From sequence record PV577657: a stretch of DNA of 64,000 bases; one strand, given 5' to 3'. This stretch comes from Escherichia phage vB_EcoS_MM-1. The translations under genes and the position numbers were made by a program. The number at the start of each line of letters is the position of its first letter. Position 1 is the first letter of the stretch. The notes beneath the pieces were generated by a model, which worked only from the letters and a program-made list of their open reading frames with translations, had not been told where the DNA came from and searched no databases. Below, in pieces: positions 29,883 to 37,969 of this stretch.

Positions 29883-29961
29883 TGGTAGATCGCCTGGGAC
29901 TCGAACCCAGAACCTTCCGATTAAAAGTCGGATGCTACTAAACCTATTGAGCTAGCGATCT
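29883..29961 (-). tRNA. tRNA-Lys (UUU)
   Basis: anticodon loop CUUUUAA, T-loop TTCGAGT. Confidence 0.65.
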
Positions 29962-29962
29962 A

Positions 29963-30130
29963 TTAGTAACCATTATACACTTCTTTAATAGAGTGGACTT
30001 TTAAGTAAGGGTGATTAGTACTAAACTCTACCATTACTTCATCCCAATTTTTACCATAATGAGCGAGTAAGGATTTTGATGTATTCTTACCTAACCGTTT
30101 GTCACTTACTACTAATCGAAATACTTTCAT
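29963..30130 (-). CDS. small hypothetical protein
   Basis: 55-aa ORF with GAGGA RBS, between tRNA genes. Confidence 0.3.
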   Translation of the reverse strand: MKVFRLVVSDKRLGKNTSKSLLAHYGKNWDEVMVEFSTNHPYLKVHSIKEVYNGY

Positions 30131-30150
30131 TTCGAAATCCTCTATTAAAA

Positions 30151-30228
30151 TGGAAGCGGGTGCAGGAATCGAACCTACCTCTTTCTAGCTTATGAGACTA
30201 GCGATCTCTACCAGAGATCTAACCCGCA
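30151..30228 (-). tRNA. tRNA-Met/Ile2-type (CAU)
   Basis: anticodon loop CUCAUAA; position 1-72 reads as U-U mismatch. Confidence 0.5.
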
Positions 30229-30234
30229 ATTGTT

Positions 30235-30310
30235 TGGTCAGTGCGGCAGGACTCGAACCTGCGACCCGAAGCATCCAAGGCTCCCACGCTACCAACTGCG
30301 CTACGCACTG
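30235..30310 (-). tRNA. tRNA-Pro (UGG)
   Basis: C1-G72, anticodon loop CUUGGAU, discriminator A. Confidence 0.65.
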
Positions 30311-30319
30311 TTAATTCTT

Positions 30320-30517
30320 TTATTGTGGAGGAATATTAATAATTCGTCCGTCTACACAATAAACGGTACTAGGAATTGTACTATATATGTAGAAATTCTT
30401 TATATTACTCTCTCCGCCACAGAAATTTTTAGCAAATTCATACTCTTTATTAATGGTTGAGTCAAGTTTAAAACAACCAGTAAGTAGGAATACAGACAGC
30501 AGTAAAACTTTTTTCAT
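30320..30517 (-). CDS. small lipoprotein
   Basis: 65 aa; signal peptide with lipobox LLTGC. Confidence 0.45.
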   Translation of the reverse strand: MKKVLLLSVFLLTGCFKLDSTINKEYEFAKNFCGGESNIKNFYIYSTIPSTVYCVDGRIINIPPQ

Positions 30518-30727
30518 TTTGCTTTCCTTCTCAACACTTTATAAGGTATATTATACAGAGAATTAAGCATAATAGCAAATGAATTTTTAATAAATTTACT
30601 TATTGTGTAGGCCACCTGGAGGCTACCAACCCCACGGCTGACAAAGAAGTTTGCGAGACCTCTCTTAAGTGCCAGAATAGACCCGCCGATCTATCGGAAC
30701 CTACATAATAAGTAAACTTTATAGTGT

Positions 30728-30848
30728 CATTCTAGACAGGACTCGAACCTGTTATCACTTGTGCGGACTTACGAGAACCATTCTTTCACTCGAATCGAAC
30801 GAGCTTCTGCCCTCGCCAAGCTGGTTTCCCCATCAACCACGCTAGAAT
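30728..30848 (-). ncRNA. 121-nt tRNA-like element
   Basis: perfect 7-bp terminal helix (attctag / ctagaat), canonical T-arm and a D-arm-like stem, about 45 nt of extra internal sequence. Confidence 0.3.
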
Positions 30849-30970
30849 GTTTGATTGTTTTCAGTGCAAGAGTCCGAGTCTTGGACACGACCGCTTCGCA
30901 AGTACATAGGCAGCTTATCATGAGTCAGCACTTCCGAATTGCTAGCTCCGTGTTCTGCACTGAAATTTTA

Positions 30971-31318
30971 TTAGTTTAACCGTAAAGTATTATCTACTTC
31001 ACCATTAATTGTTCGGCATTCTTCTGGGATTGCTGGTGTAGCCTTATATTCCCACCATTCAGAACCGTCGTATTCACCACGTTCTAACCAAGTTCCATCA
31101 GTAAACCACACGTTACCATAAAGCAATTGCCCACCGAAACCAGAATCATATTTAAAGTCTAGATTATTTAGAAAATCTTCAATATCTTTTTCTGTATAAC
31201 CTACGGGTAACACCCAAACTTCTTTGTCCCCATAATAACCGAATTCTATCTTAATACACTTAACTTCAGAATTAATATTCTTTAAGGCAAGTAACAATTC
31301 TTCTTTAGCATTAATCAT
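30971..31318 (-). CDS. hypothetical protein
   Basis: 115 aa. Confidence 0.5.
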   Translation of the reverse strand: MINAKEELLLALKNINSEVKCIKIEFGYYGDKEVWVLPVGYTEKDIEDFLNNLDFKYDSGFGGQLLYGNVWFTDGTWLERGEYDGSEWWEYKATPAIPEECRTINGEVDNTLRLN

Positions 31319-31344
31319 AGCATATTTCTCGTACTAGTTTAATT

Positions 31345-31421
31345 TGGCGCGACCGATGGGATTTGAACCCACATTCCCTCCCGTGACAGAGGAGTACCAT
31401 TACCAAGCCAGCCCCGGTCGC
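31345..31421 (-). tRNA. tRNA-Asp (GUC)
   Basis: anticodon loop CUGUCAC, discriminator G. Confidence 0.65.
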
Positions 31422-31430
31422 ATAATTCAT

Positions 31431-31616
31431 TTACTCAGCTTTGAGTTTTTCAATAGCTGCATTAAGTTCTTTAAGAAACTTTTTTCGTACATTAAGACGG
31501 TTGAGACTTACTAGTATATCATGTTTAAGTTCTTCGATGTATTTCTTCTCAACTTCAATATTGTTGATAGTGCTATCACGATGAACTTCTAGCTGTGCAA
31601 TTACATTCTTGGACAT
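31431..31616 (-). CDS. small coiled-coil protein
   Basis: 61 aa. Confidence 0.35.
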   Translation of the reverse strand: MSKNVIAQLEVHRDSTINNIEVEKKYIEELKHDILVSLNRLNVRKKFLKELNAAIEKLKAE

Positions 31617-31718
31617 GCTTGTTTCCTCAGTTATTAATGAAAATGGTATCTGTGACTGAATTCGATGTCAGCAATGATAGCTGGTTGGCTACCGGTTTAC
31701 TTAACTCTACACAGAATT

Positions 31719-31800
31719 TGGCGGGCCGTGTAGGATTCGAACCTACGTTGTCTTTCGACATGGATTAACAGTCCACCGCCAAACCGCTTGGCTAACGACC
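31719..31800 (-). tRNA. tRNA-Asn (GUU)
   Basis: anticodon loop CUGUUAA; variable region about 13 nt. Confidence 0.55.
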
Positions 31801-31953
31801 CTAAATTTATATTGCTGACTAGGATTTTCACCTAGACGGAGTTAGCACCGTAGCGTGTAGCGGCATACCTCTCCAAACCGTGCCTCATCTTTCAATTACG
31901 GAGACAGTGTTCCTACGCGTGCCTGAATTGATTTAACAACTCTTTCAGCAAAT

Positions 31954-32029
31954 TGGACGACCGCATGAGATTTGAACTCACATAAAAAGGATTTGCAATC
32001 CTTCGCCTAAGCCATTCAGCCAACGGTCG
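31954..32029 (-). tRNA. tRNA-Cys (GCA)
   Basis: anticodon loop UUGCAAA, discriminator U. Confidence 0.65.
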
Positions 32030-32098
32030 ATTTATCTTGTTCTGTCATGTTGCTTCTCCAGTTCAATTTATGTAATTATTATACAGAACTTTTGGAAA

Positions 32099-32386
32099 CT
32101 AAGCAACTACATTTTTTAAAAATTTGATGCCTTTCTTTTTCTTCTTATATTTCCACGTTAAGGGATTCTGTCGATTATGAACGCTTGAGATCTTTGTCTC
32201 GTCAAAGTTCTTCAATATCATGTAATCACAGGATAATTGTTCTAATGGAATGTGATCACCGTCAAAAGCGTATACATAAGGCTGTTGACTAGCACGATAA
32301 TGATAGACTTTGTTAATTCTACGTTTCAGCAACTTATCCGCGCAGTAAATAAAGAAGTTTTCAGGATGCATCAGCAGCTCCCTCAA
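32099..32386 (-). CDS. hypothetical protein
   Basis: 95 aa; conserved promoter/leader upstream. Confidence 0.45.
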   Translation of the reverse strand: MRELLMHPENFFIYCADKLLKRRINKVYHYRASQQPYVYAFDGDHIPLEQLSCDYMILKNFDETKISSVHNRQNPLTWKYKKKKKGIKFLKNVVA

Positions 32387-32469
32387 TTTGGTGCACCCTG
32401 TTCGTATCGAACGAACCTCTCAAGCTCTTCAGGCAAGCGCTAATCCATCTCAGCTAAAGGTGCAAATTT

Positions 32470-32546
32470 TGGCAAACCTACTAGGACTTGAACCTAGACC
32501 GTACGGTTTTGGAGACCGACATGCTGTCCAGTAACACTCTAGGAAT
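32470..32546 (-). ncRNA. tRNA-like, Trp-type anticodon arm (CCA); possible pseudo-tRNA
   Basis: T-arm and anticodon loop CUCCAAA present but acceptor stem has two adjacent U-U mismatches. Confidence 0.35.
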
Positions 32547-32553
32547 GCAGGAT

Positions 32554-32630
32554 TGGCGTCCTGTGCGGGGATCGAACCCACAAATCCTACCTTGAAAGGG
32601 TAGTGACTTTACCAGTTTGTCTAACAGGAC
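32554..32630 (-). tRNA. tRNA-Glu (UUC)
   Basis: 5' GTCCTGT, anticodon loop CUUUCAA, 3' ACAGGACGCCA. Confidence 0.65.
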
Positions 32631-32637
32631 TTAAATT

Positions 32638-32728
32638 TGGTGTTGGATGATGGAGTCGAACCACCCGAGACCCTTCCGAGTCGGCAGATTTACAGTCTGC
32701 TTCGCTACCTCTACGATACTAATCCAAC
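32638..32728 (-). tRNA. tRNA-Tyr (GUA)
   Basis: 91 nt type II, anticodon loop CUGUAAA, discriminator A. Confidence 0.65.
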
Positions 32729-32856
32729 ATATTTAAAAGTATTCAAATACTAGTTTAAACACTTTTAGATATGTTTCCAAATTAGATAACTATTATATCA
32801 AGTTTTATGGCACTGAGCAAGTCAAATTTTAAAGAACTTGCTCAGTGCTGTATTAG

Positions 32857-33132
32857 TTAGTCGAACTTAGGAGCGACAGTTAAGGAGAATGGAAGTTCGA
32901 AAACTTCTTCGCCCTCATCACTAACAGTAATTACACGACCTTTAAGTTCAGACATTGAAATATCAATATCAGCTTTTGCATCTGGAGCCATGCCAGCTTC
33001 AATACATTTAGCTTTAACTTCCGGCAGAAGTTCTACATCGTAGAAATAAAGCCATTCAATCTCACCTTCCCAGCCTTCCCAGGATTTACAGATTGCACTT
33101 TCAATACCAGTTGCTATAACACGATTTTGCAT
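32857..33132 (-). CDS. hypothetical acidic protein
   Basis: 91 aa. Confidence 0.5.
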   Translation of the reverse strand: MQNRVIATGIESAICKSWEGWEGEIEWLYFYDVELLPEVKAKCIEAGMAPDAKADIDISMSELKGRVITVSDEGEEVFELPFSLTVAPKFD

Positions 33133-33222
33133 TCGTTAACTCCTTCATCAATTTATATAACTATTATACCAGAAATTTAAAGCAAAAGGCAAGTACATTT
33201 TTAAAAATTCTGTTTGGAGGAG

Positions 33223-33429
33223 CTAAACTCCAGATTCTTCAGCTAAGTCTAGGCTAATAAGAGATATAGCCATAATTGCTGCTCCGTGTTCTCTTTCTCC
33301 TGTCTCTTTAGCTAGGGTTATAATATCAAGAAATTGCTTATGAAAGTCTGCAACCTCTTGAGTCATACCTGCCTCAGCAATCATGCCTTTAAGCATGAAA
33401 CGTTGTGCGGTAATTTCGGGATTAGCCAT
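33223..33429 (-). CDS. hypothetical protein
   Basis: 68 aa. Confidence 0.45.
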   Translation of the reverse strand: MANPEITAQRFMLKGMIAEAGMTQEVADFHKQFLDIITLAKETGEREHGAAIMAISLISLDLAEESGV

Positions 33430-33587
33430 GTTGTTTCTCCAGTTTCATGTTTAATAGTCTACAAATAAAATCAATGTCTTCATCTGTGCCTAGATCTCTA
33501 TCTTCAAGAGTTGCCTTGAAGTTTTTCGTCAATTCCATGAGGATAACTTCTCTAGAACGACGTGTTGGCGGAGGTGGATGTCTATAC
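33423..33587 (-). CDS. small hypothetical protein
   Basis: 54 aa, AAGGA RBS; stop overlaps next start. Confidence 0.3.
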
Positions 33588-33604
33588 ATCTTATTTCCTT
33601 AAGT

Positions 33605-33681
33605 TGGTAGGGGTGGTGGGATTCGAACCCACAAAACCTGAATTTTAAGTCCAGTACCTATGCCAATTCGATTACACCCCC
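33605..33681 (-). tRNA. tRNA, anticodon loop CUUAAAA (UAA, Leu-type) with short variable arm
   Basis: G1-U72 acceptor, T-loop TTCGAAT; type I body is unusual for Leu. Confidence 0.45.
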
Positions 33682-33782
33682 ATGTAATCAGTTTATTAGT
33701 TGATACATATTATAGCCTAGTGAAAATCCTACTACTAGTCCCACAAACCAACCAATATAATAATCTTTTAGTTTCACAGGTA

Positions 33783-33968
33783 TTATCCTCGTTCAATATC
33801 TAGGGAAACACCGCAGTTAGGATTAATACCTGTACCGTTGCAATTTGAACAAATCCAGATATTGCAAAAAGTATCTCCTGCTTCTGCATCAGAACTTTCA
33901 CCAATTCCCCTACACTCAGGGCAGGCACATTCTTCTAGCTCTTGCTTGAGTTCTTGAAACTTGGACAT
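33783..33968 (-). CDS. small Cys-rich zinc-ribbon-like protein
   Basis: 61 aa with CxCPEC and CSNCNGTG clusters. Confidence 0.45.
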   Translation of the reverse strand: MSKFQELKQELEECACPECRGIGESSDAEAGDTFCNIWICSNCNGTGINPNCGVSLDIERG

Positions 33969-33977
33969 ATAGTCTCC

Positions 33978-34166
33978 TTAGTCAATTACTTTTGAGGCTT
34001 CAAGGGAGTCGATATAGTATACGTTTTCTACCATAATCATATAATCTGCCACTTTATCCATAGCTTGGGCCTCAGAGGTAGCTCTGGCTAACCTATATCC
34101 TTTTTTATATTCATCCGGGTATTCTCTATCTTGAATAAATACAACATAAACTATGTATAATTCCAC
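33978..34166 (-). CDS. small hypothetical protein
   Basis: track ORF 33978..34313 overlaps two tRNAs; trimmed to GTG start after AGGGGA RBS. Confidence 0.3.
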   Translation of the reverse strand: MELYIVYVVFIQDREYPDEYKKGYRLARATSEAQAMDKVADYMIMVENVYYIDSLEASKVID

Positions 34167-34186
34167 TTGTAATCCCCTAATTAAGT

Positions 34187-34264
34187 TGGTGGCTCCCCGA
34201 GGATTCGAACCTACGTACCTTCCGGTTATGAGCCGGGTGCTCATACCATATGAGCTTGAGAACC
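34187..34264 (-). tRNA. tRNA-Met (CAU)
   Basis: anticodon loop CUCAUAA with G-C-rich anticodon stem, D-stem GCTC/GAGC, discriminator A. Confidence 0.55.
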
Positions 34265-34270
34265 AGAATT

Positions 34271-34359
34271 TGGCGGAAGAAGTGGGAATCGAACCCACAA
34301 GGCTATATTTCAAACCGACAGATTAGCAATCTGCTGCAATACCGTTATGCTATTCTTCC
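34271..34359 (-). tRNA. tRNA-Ser (GCU)
   Basis: 89 nt type II, anticodon loop UUGCUAA, discriminator G. Confidence 0.6.
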
Positions 34360-34380
34360 GAATTTATAAGATATATTATA

Positions 34381-34899
34381 TTAGAAATTTAGCTTCATAG
34401 CAAGAAAATTTTTCAAGTTTTCGGTAGACATCTCATCCACATCTACGGGAGAAACAAAGCCGTTTAATTTTCTAGCAAATTTTTCACCCGCAGGATCGTT
34501 GTCTCCGACAGCTACCAATTTAAAAGGTAATAATTTCAGTTGCTTTAATAACGCTTTTCCTGGAGAAGAACCTAACATTGCCAGGGCTGGATAACCAGCG
34601 TTATGTAGCGCAACTGCCTTAAATACAGATTCAGCGATCAATACTACTTTTTCATCTCCATTGAGAGTTTCTAGTCCCCATACACACTGGGTAGTAGAAT
34701 AAGTAAAATATTTAGCTTCAAAGGGACACTTACCATGACCTTTTGGAGCAGAAGGATTATACGTCTGATAGCCTCGCAACATCCCGGAGAAGTCATACAA
34801 CGGGACTGTTAGCCATCCTTCCGGACTTAACCAGCAATGATATTTATCTGTATCAAATCCTCTGGATAAGAGGTGCTGTGTTAGCTCATCAACATTCAT
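34381..34899 (-). CDS. Toprim-domain protein
   Basis: 'LIAES' and 'VAVGDNDPAGEKFA' (E and DxD Toprim motifs); start moved to the ATG after the conserved leader. Confidence 0.45.
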   Translation of the reverse strand: MNVDELTQHLLSRGFDTDKYHCWLSPEGWLTVPLYDFSGMLRGYQTYNPSAPKGHGKCPFEAKYFTYSTTQCVWGLETLNGDEKVVLIAESVFKAVALHNAGYPALAMLGSSPGKALLKQLKLLPFKLVAVGDNDPAGEKFARKLNGFVSPVDVDEMSTENLKNFLAMKLNF

Positions 34900-35074
34900 A
34901 TTTGGTTCCTCTCTCAAATTTATAGATATATTATACAGAGAATTTAGCATTCAAGCAATCAAATTTTTTAACTTTTTAGAGGAAAATCATAGGGCACTTA
35001 AGGGTAGCAGATAAGTGGGGAGGACCAAAATTTGTGACCCCACTAAAAATCCGGGGGCAATTTTTAAAGACCCC

Positions 35075-35103
35075 TTGACATTTTCGCTGGGGTAGTGTAA
35101 AGT
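35075..35103 (+). promoter_or_regulatory. sigma70-type promoter
   Basis: TTGACA, 17-bp spacer, TAAAGT; differs from the conserved early promoter motif. Confidence 0.5.
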
Positions 35104-35165
35104 ATATGTTATGGATGAGTGATCAAAGAGACACACATTTTCTATATACTAGGAGGTGTCAAAAT

Positions 35166-36155
35166 ATGACAGAAGAAGTAGCTAAGAGTCCTGAGACCGT
35201 CGCTAGCGTTGCAGCAGAACTGCACCGTCACGAGGAATCAGATAAGAAAAAGTGGGAGAAGGTCAGAGCCTACGAAGAAAAACATCGTGAACACGATGAT
35301 GAAGAAGAAGATGACGATGATGAACATTGTCATAAATATGGAAAACATAAAATGCAAGAACCAGTAAACGTATTCACTAGTGGCTTCCCTGGCCTACTGG
35401 GTGGTTACCCAGCAAACGCAGGTGCTTTCGGTGGTGAAGGTATGGGACTATTCGGAGCTATCCTAATCGGTGCTCTATTAACCGGCGGATTCGGTGGTTT
35501 CGGTGGATTCGGTGGACGTGGTGTAGTTGGTGAAGGTACCGCAGTTGATGCAGTACTTCAGAACCAAGATACCGCTAGTATTCTAGCAGCTATCAACACT
35601 ACTCGTACAGAGGCTAACCAGGGTACTGGAGCTGTTTTAAGCGCAGTTAACAATGGTTTTAGCCAGACAACCCAAAACCAGAGCCGTGATACTCAGTCTG
35701 TACTAACTACGATCTACGGTACAGATGCTAATCTGTCTAATCAGATCTGCCAGGAAACTCGCAACGTTATTCAGGGTCAGTTCGATCTTTCTCGCCAGAT
35801 TGATCAATCTTTCGCAGCTAACCAGATAGCTCGTGCACAAGATAAGTTTGATTCTGCACAGATCGCTTTCCAGCAGACTTTACAAACTAATAACCAGTTT
35901 GCCGCTGTTCAGGCTCAGATGTGTGCTAACCAGAACTCTCTGGAACGTCAGATCGCTGAATGTTGCTGTGAACTTCAGACTGCGATCGCTGGTGTAACTA
36001 CTGCGCGTATCCAGGATGAGTTAGACGCATGTCGCCTACGTGAAGCAATCGCTGCGGGTAGCGGTGCTAACGGTCAGGTAATTAATCAAATCGCTTTAAG
36101 TCTTGGTGCTATCACTCAGACTCTGGCTGGTCTGCAGGCTAAACTGCCGGCTTAA
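35166..36155 (+). CDS. glycine-zipper membrane protein with acidic/His-rich N-terminus and Gln/Asn-rich C-terminus
   Basis: AGGAGG RBS; 'GLFGAILIGALLTGGFGGFGGFGGRG'; low-complexity Q/N/T C-terminal half with Cys. Confidence 0.55.
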   Translation: MTEEVAKSPETVASVAAELHRHEESDKKKWEKVRAYEEKHREHDDEEEDDDDEHCHKYGKHKMQEPVNVFTSGFPGLLGGYPANAGAFGGEGMGLFGAILIGALLTGGFGGFGGFGGRGVVGEGTAVDAVLQNQDTASILAAINTTRTEANQGTGAVLSAVNNGFSQTTQNQSRDTQSVLTTIYGTDANLSNQICQETRNVIQGQFDLSRQIDQSFAANQIARAQDKFDSAQIAFQQTLQTNNQFAAVQAQMCANQNSLERQIAECCCELQTAIAGVTTARIQDELDACRLREAIAAGSGANGQVINQIALSLGAITQTLAGLQAKLPA

Positions 36156-36176
36156 TATTAAGGGGAGGAGCCCATT

Positions 36177-36593
36177 ATGAGTAAATATGGTTTTGTAAAT
36201 AACGGACTTAATCAAAGTATGGGCTCCCAGCAGCCCATTCCGGGTCTGGATAACCCCTACTTACAACAGTTGCAACAGCGTTTAGCAGAAGCGCAACAGA
36301 TGCAGCAACAACTCCAGCAAAACCCTGGAAGTGTGAGTCCTATGCAAATGATGCAGCAAATGAGCGGGCAGTCGCAAATGCCTCAACAAATGCAGCAACA
36401 GGTGCCTCAGCAGCAAGTTCAGCAACAAACCCAACAACCGCAGGTTTCTGCGGAAGGACAGGCAGTACTAGCCCTTTTCGAAGACTTCGCAAAGACAGAG
36501 GATGGGAAACAGCTTGTATCACTTATGGGTAAGTTTAATAGCTTCTGCCAAAGCCAAGTTGCAAAAGCTCAAAATGGGGGTAGTAACTCCTAA
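36177..36593 (+). CDS. glutamine-rich protein
   Basis: 138 aa, long Q runs; GGGAGGAG RBS. Confidence 0.5.
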   Translation: MSKYGFVNNGLNQSMGSQQPIPGLDNPYLQQLQQRLAEAQQMQQQLQQNPGSVSPMQMMQQMSGQSQMPQQMQQQVPQQQVQQQTQQPQVSAEGQAVLALFEDFAKTEDGKQLVSLMGKFNSFCQSQVAKAQNGGSNS

Positions 36594-36602
36594 GGAGGAA
36601 AT

Positions 36603-36797
36603 ATGTGTTGCAGAAAATCTGTTTCGTGCTGCCCAGTGCCTGTAGCACGTTGTTGCTCTCCAGCAATGTTTACGCAAATACCGGCGTTCAATCCCTTTGC
36701 CTTTAAGCCTACTCTTATCCTGCCCCCTAGAGTAGATTTTCAGTCAAGATTGGCCTCCCGTATGGGTGGTTGCTGTACACCGAGAGTATGGTTCTAA
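36603..36797 (+). CDS. small protein with four Cys-Cys doublets
   Basis: 64 aa; AAGGAGGA RBS. Confidence 0.45.
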   Translation: MCCRKSVSCCPVPVARCCSPAMFTQIPAFNPFAFKPTLILPPRVDFQSRLASRMGGCCTPRVWF

Positions 36798-36806
36798 ACC
36801 AAAAAC

Positions 36807-36840
36807 AAAAGCCCCTGCCGAAAGGTAAGGGGCTTTTTCT
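36807..36840 (+). terminator. rho-independent terminator of plus-strand cassette
   Basis: gcccct / aggggc stem then TTTTTCTTTT. Confidence 0.7.
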
Positions 36841-36846
36841 TTTGCC

Positions 36847-36887
36847 TTAAATACAGAAAAGCCCGCGCTCTCGTAGGAAACGCGGGC
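36847..36887 (-). terminator. rho-independent terminator of SPFH gene
   Basis: gcccgcg / cgcgggc stem, U-run on minus strand. Confidence 0.6.
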
Positions 36888-36912
36888 TTGGTTCGAAGAT
36901 TACGTGTAACTA

Positions 36913-37860
36913 TTACTTGTTACGCATATCCATGATCATTTGACCATCGTAGCCAGTACCTACCACAGTCTGAGGTACACCACCTTGATACTTCTGAGCA
37001 CGGATCATTTCAACTTCCAGTTGTTTCCAACGAATCATTTCAGGAGTAATGGTACGTTGCAATGCGGCGTTAGCTTCAGCTTCTTTCTTAGCTGCGTACA
37101 GTTTAGCATCTGCGTCACGTTCATTAGCAATAGCTTGGTTGTTACGAGCTTCACGATCTGCTTCTGCTTGTTTAACTTTTTGCTGTGCTTCCTGTTCAAC
37201 GCGAGCAAGTTCAGCTTTCGCAGCATTAACTTGCTCTTCACGAACTTTGGTATTCTGTACCTGTTCCATGATTACTGGCGGCAAGGTAATATCCTGAAGG
37301 AATACCTGCTTAACTGTGTAACCATATGGGCGCGCATACTCTTCAACTTCCTGTTGAATTGCAGTTTGCAATTGAGCCTGAATTTTAGCATCAAATAAAT
37401 CTTGTGCTTTAGGTACAGACTTACCAAACTCACGAATAGTAGACAGTAATTTTTCAGTTACATACTTGTCTAGTGCCTGATCCTGAGTACCTGCGTTAAT
37501 ACGGTTAATCGGTGCTTTAGAACCATCAAACTGCAACATAACAGTCAGGTCAACAGTGGATTTAAACTTATCCTGGCTAGGAACCTGAAGTTTATCTAAT
37601 TTTACAGCAATATCTTTTGTACTAAAAGTATCGAAAGATGCAAACGGGTTTACAAGATGGAAGCCCGGCAATACTGGATTAGGGTCTACTTTACCCAGGA
37701 ATGTTTGGGTTTTAACCGTACCATCAGAAACAATAGTATATGAATTAAAAGCTAGGATTAAACCTGCTAAACCAACTACAGCACCAATACCCCAACGTTT
37801 AATAGTACGAATTACTTTCTGCTCAGAAGTCAGTTCTTTCATATTTTTAGTAGCAAACAT
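36913..37860 (-). CDS. SPFH/Band-7 (stomatin/prohibitin-like) membrane protein
   Basis: N-terminal TM, SPFH-like core, C-terminal Ala/Glu/Gln-rich coiled coil. Confidence 0.6.
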   Translation of the reverse strand: MFATKNMKELTSEQKVIRTIKRWGIGAVVGLAGLILAFNSYTIVSDGTVKTQTFLGKVDPNPVLPGFHLVNPFASFDTFSTKDIAVKLDKLQVPSQDKFKSTVDLTVMLQFDGSKAPINRINAGTQDQALDKYVTEKLLSTIREFGKSVPKAQDLFDAKIQAQLQTAIQQEVEEYARPYGYTVKQVFLQDITLPPVIMEQVQNTKVREEQVNAAKAELARVEQEAQQKVKQAEADREARNNQAIANERDADAKLYAAKKEAEANAALQRTITPEMIRWKQLEVEMIRAQKYQGGVPQTVVGTGYDGQMIMDMRNK

Positions 37861-37894
37861 ATATTTCCTTTGTTTTAGTTACAGTTAATAAAAT

Positions 37895-37969
37895 TGGCCG
37901 AGGTGACAGGATTCGAACCTGCATAAAGGAATTTAGAAGACTCCTGCCTCTCCCTTAGACTACACCCCG
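37895..37969 (-). tRNA. tRNA-Arg (UCU)
   Basis: anticodon loop CUUCUAA, T-loop TTCGAAT. Confidence 0.6.

Noticed and set aside
30761-30979. 72-aa plus-strand ORF
   Set aside because: Lies over the tRNA-like structured elements, has no RBS and is better explained as non-coding RNA sequence
33978-34313. 111-aa version of the minus-strand ORF
   Set aside because: Its N-terminal part overlaps two tRNA genes (34187-34359); trimmed to a 62-aa ORF starting after an RBS
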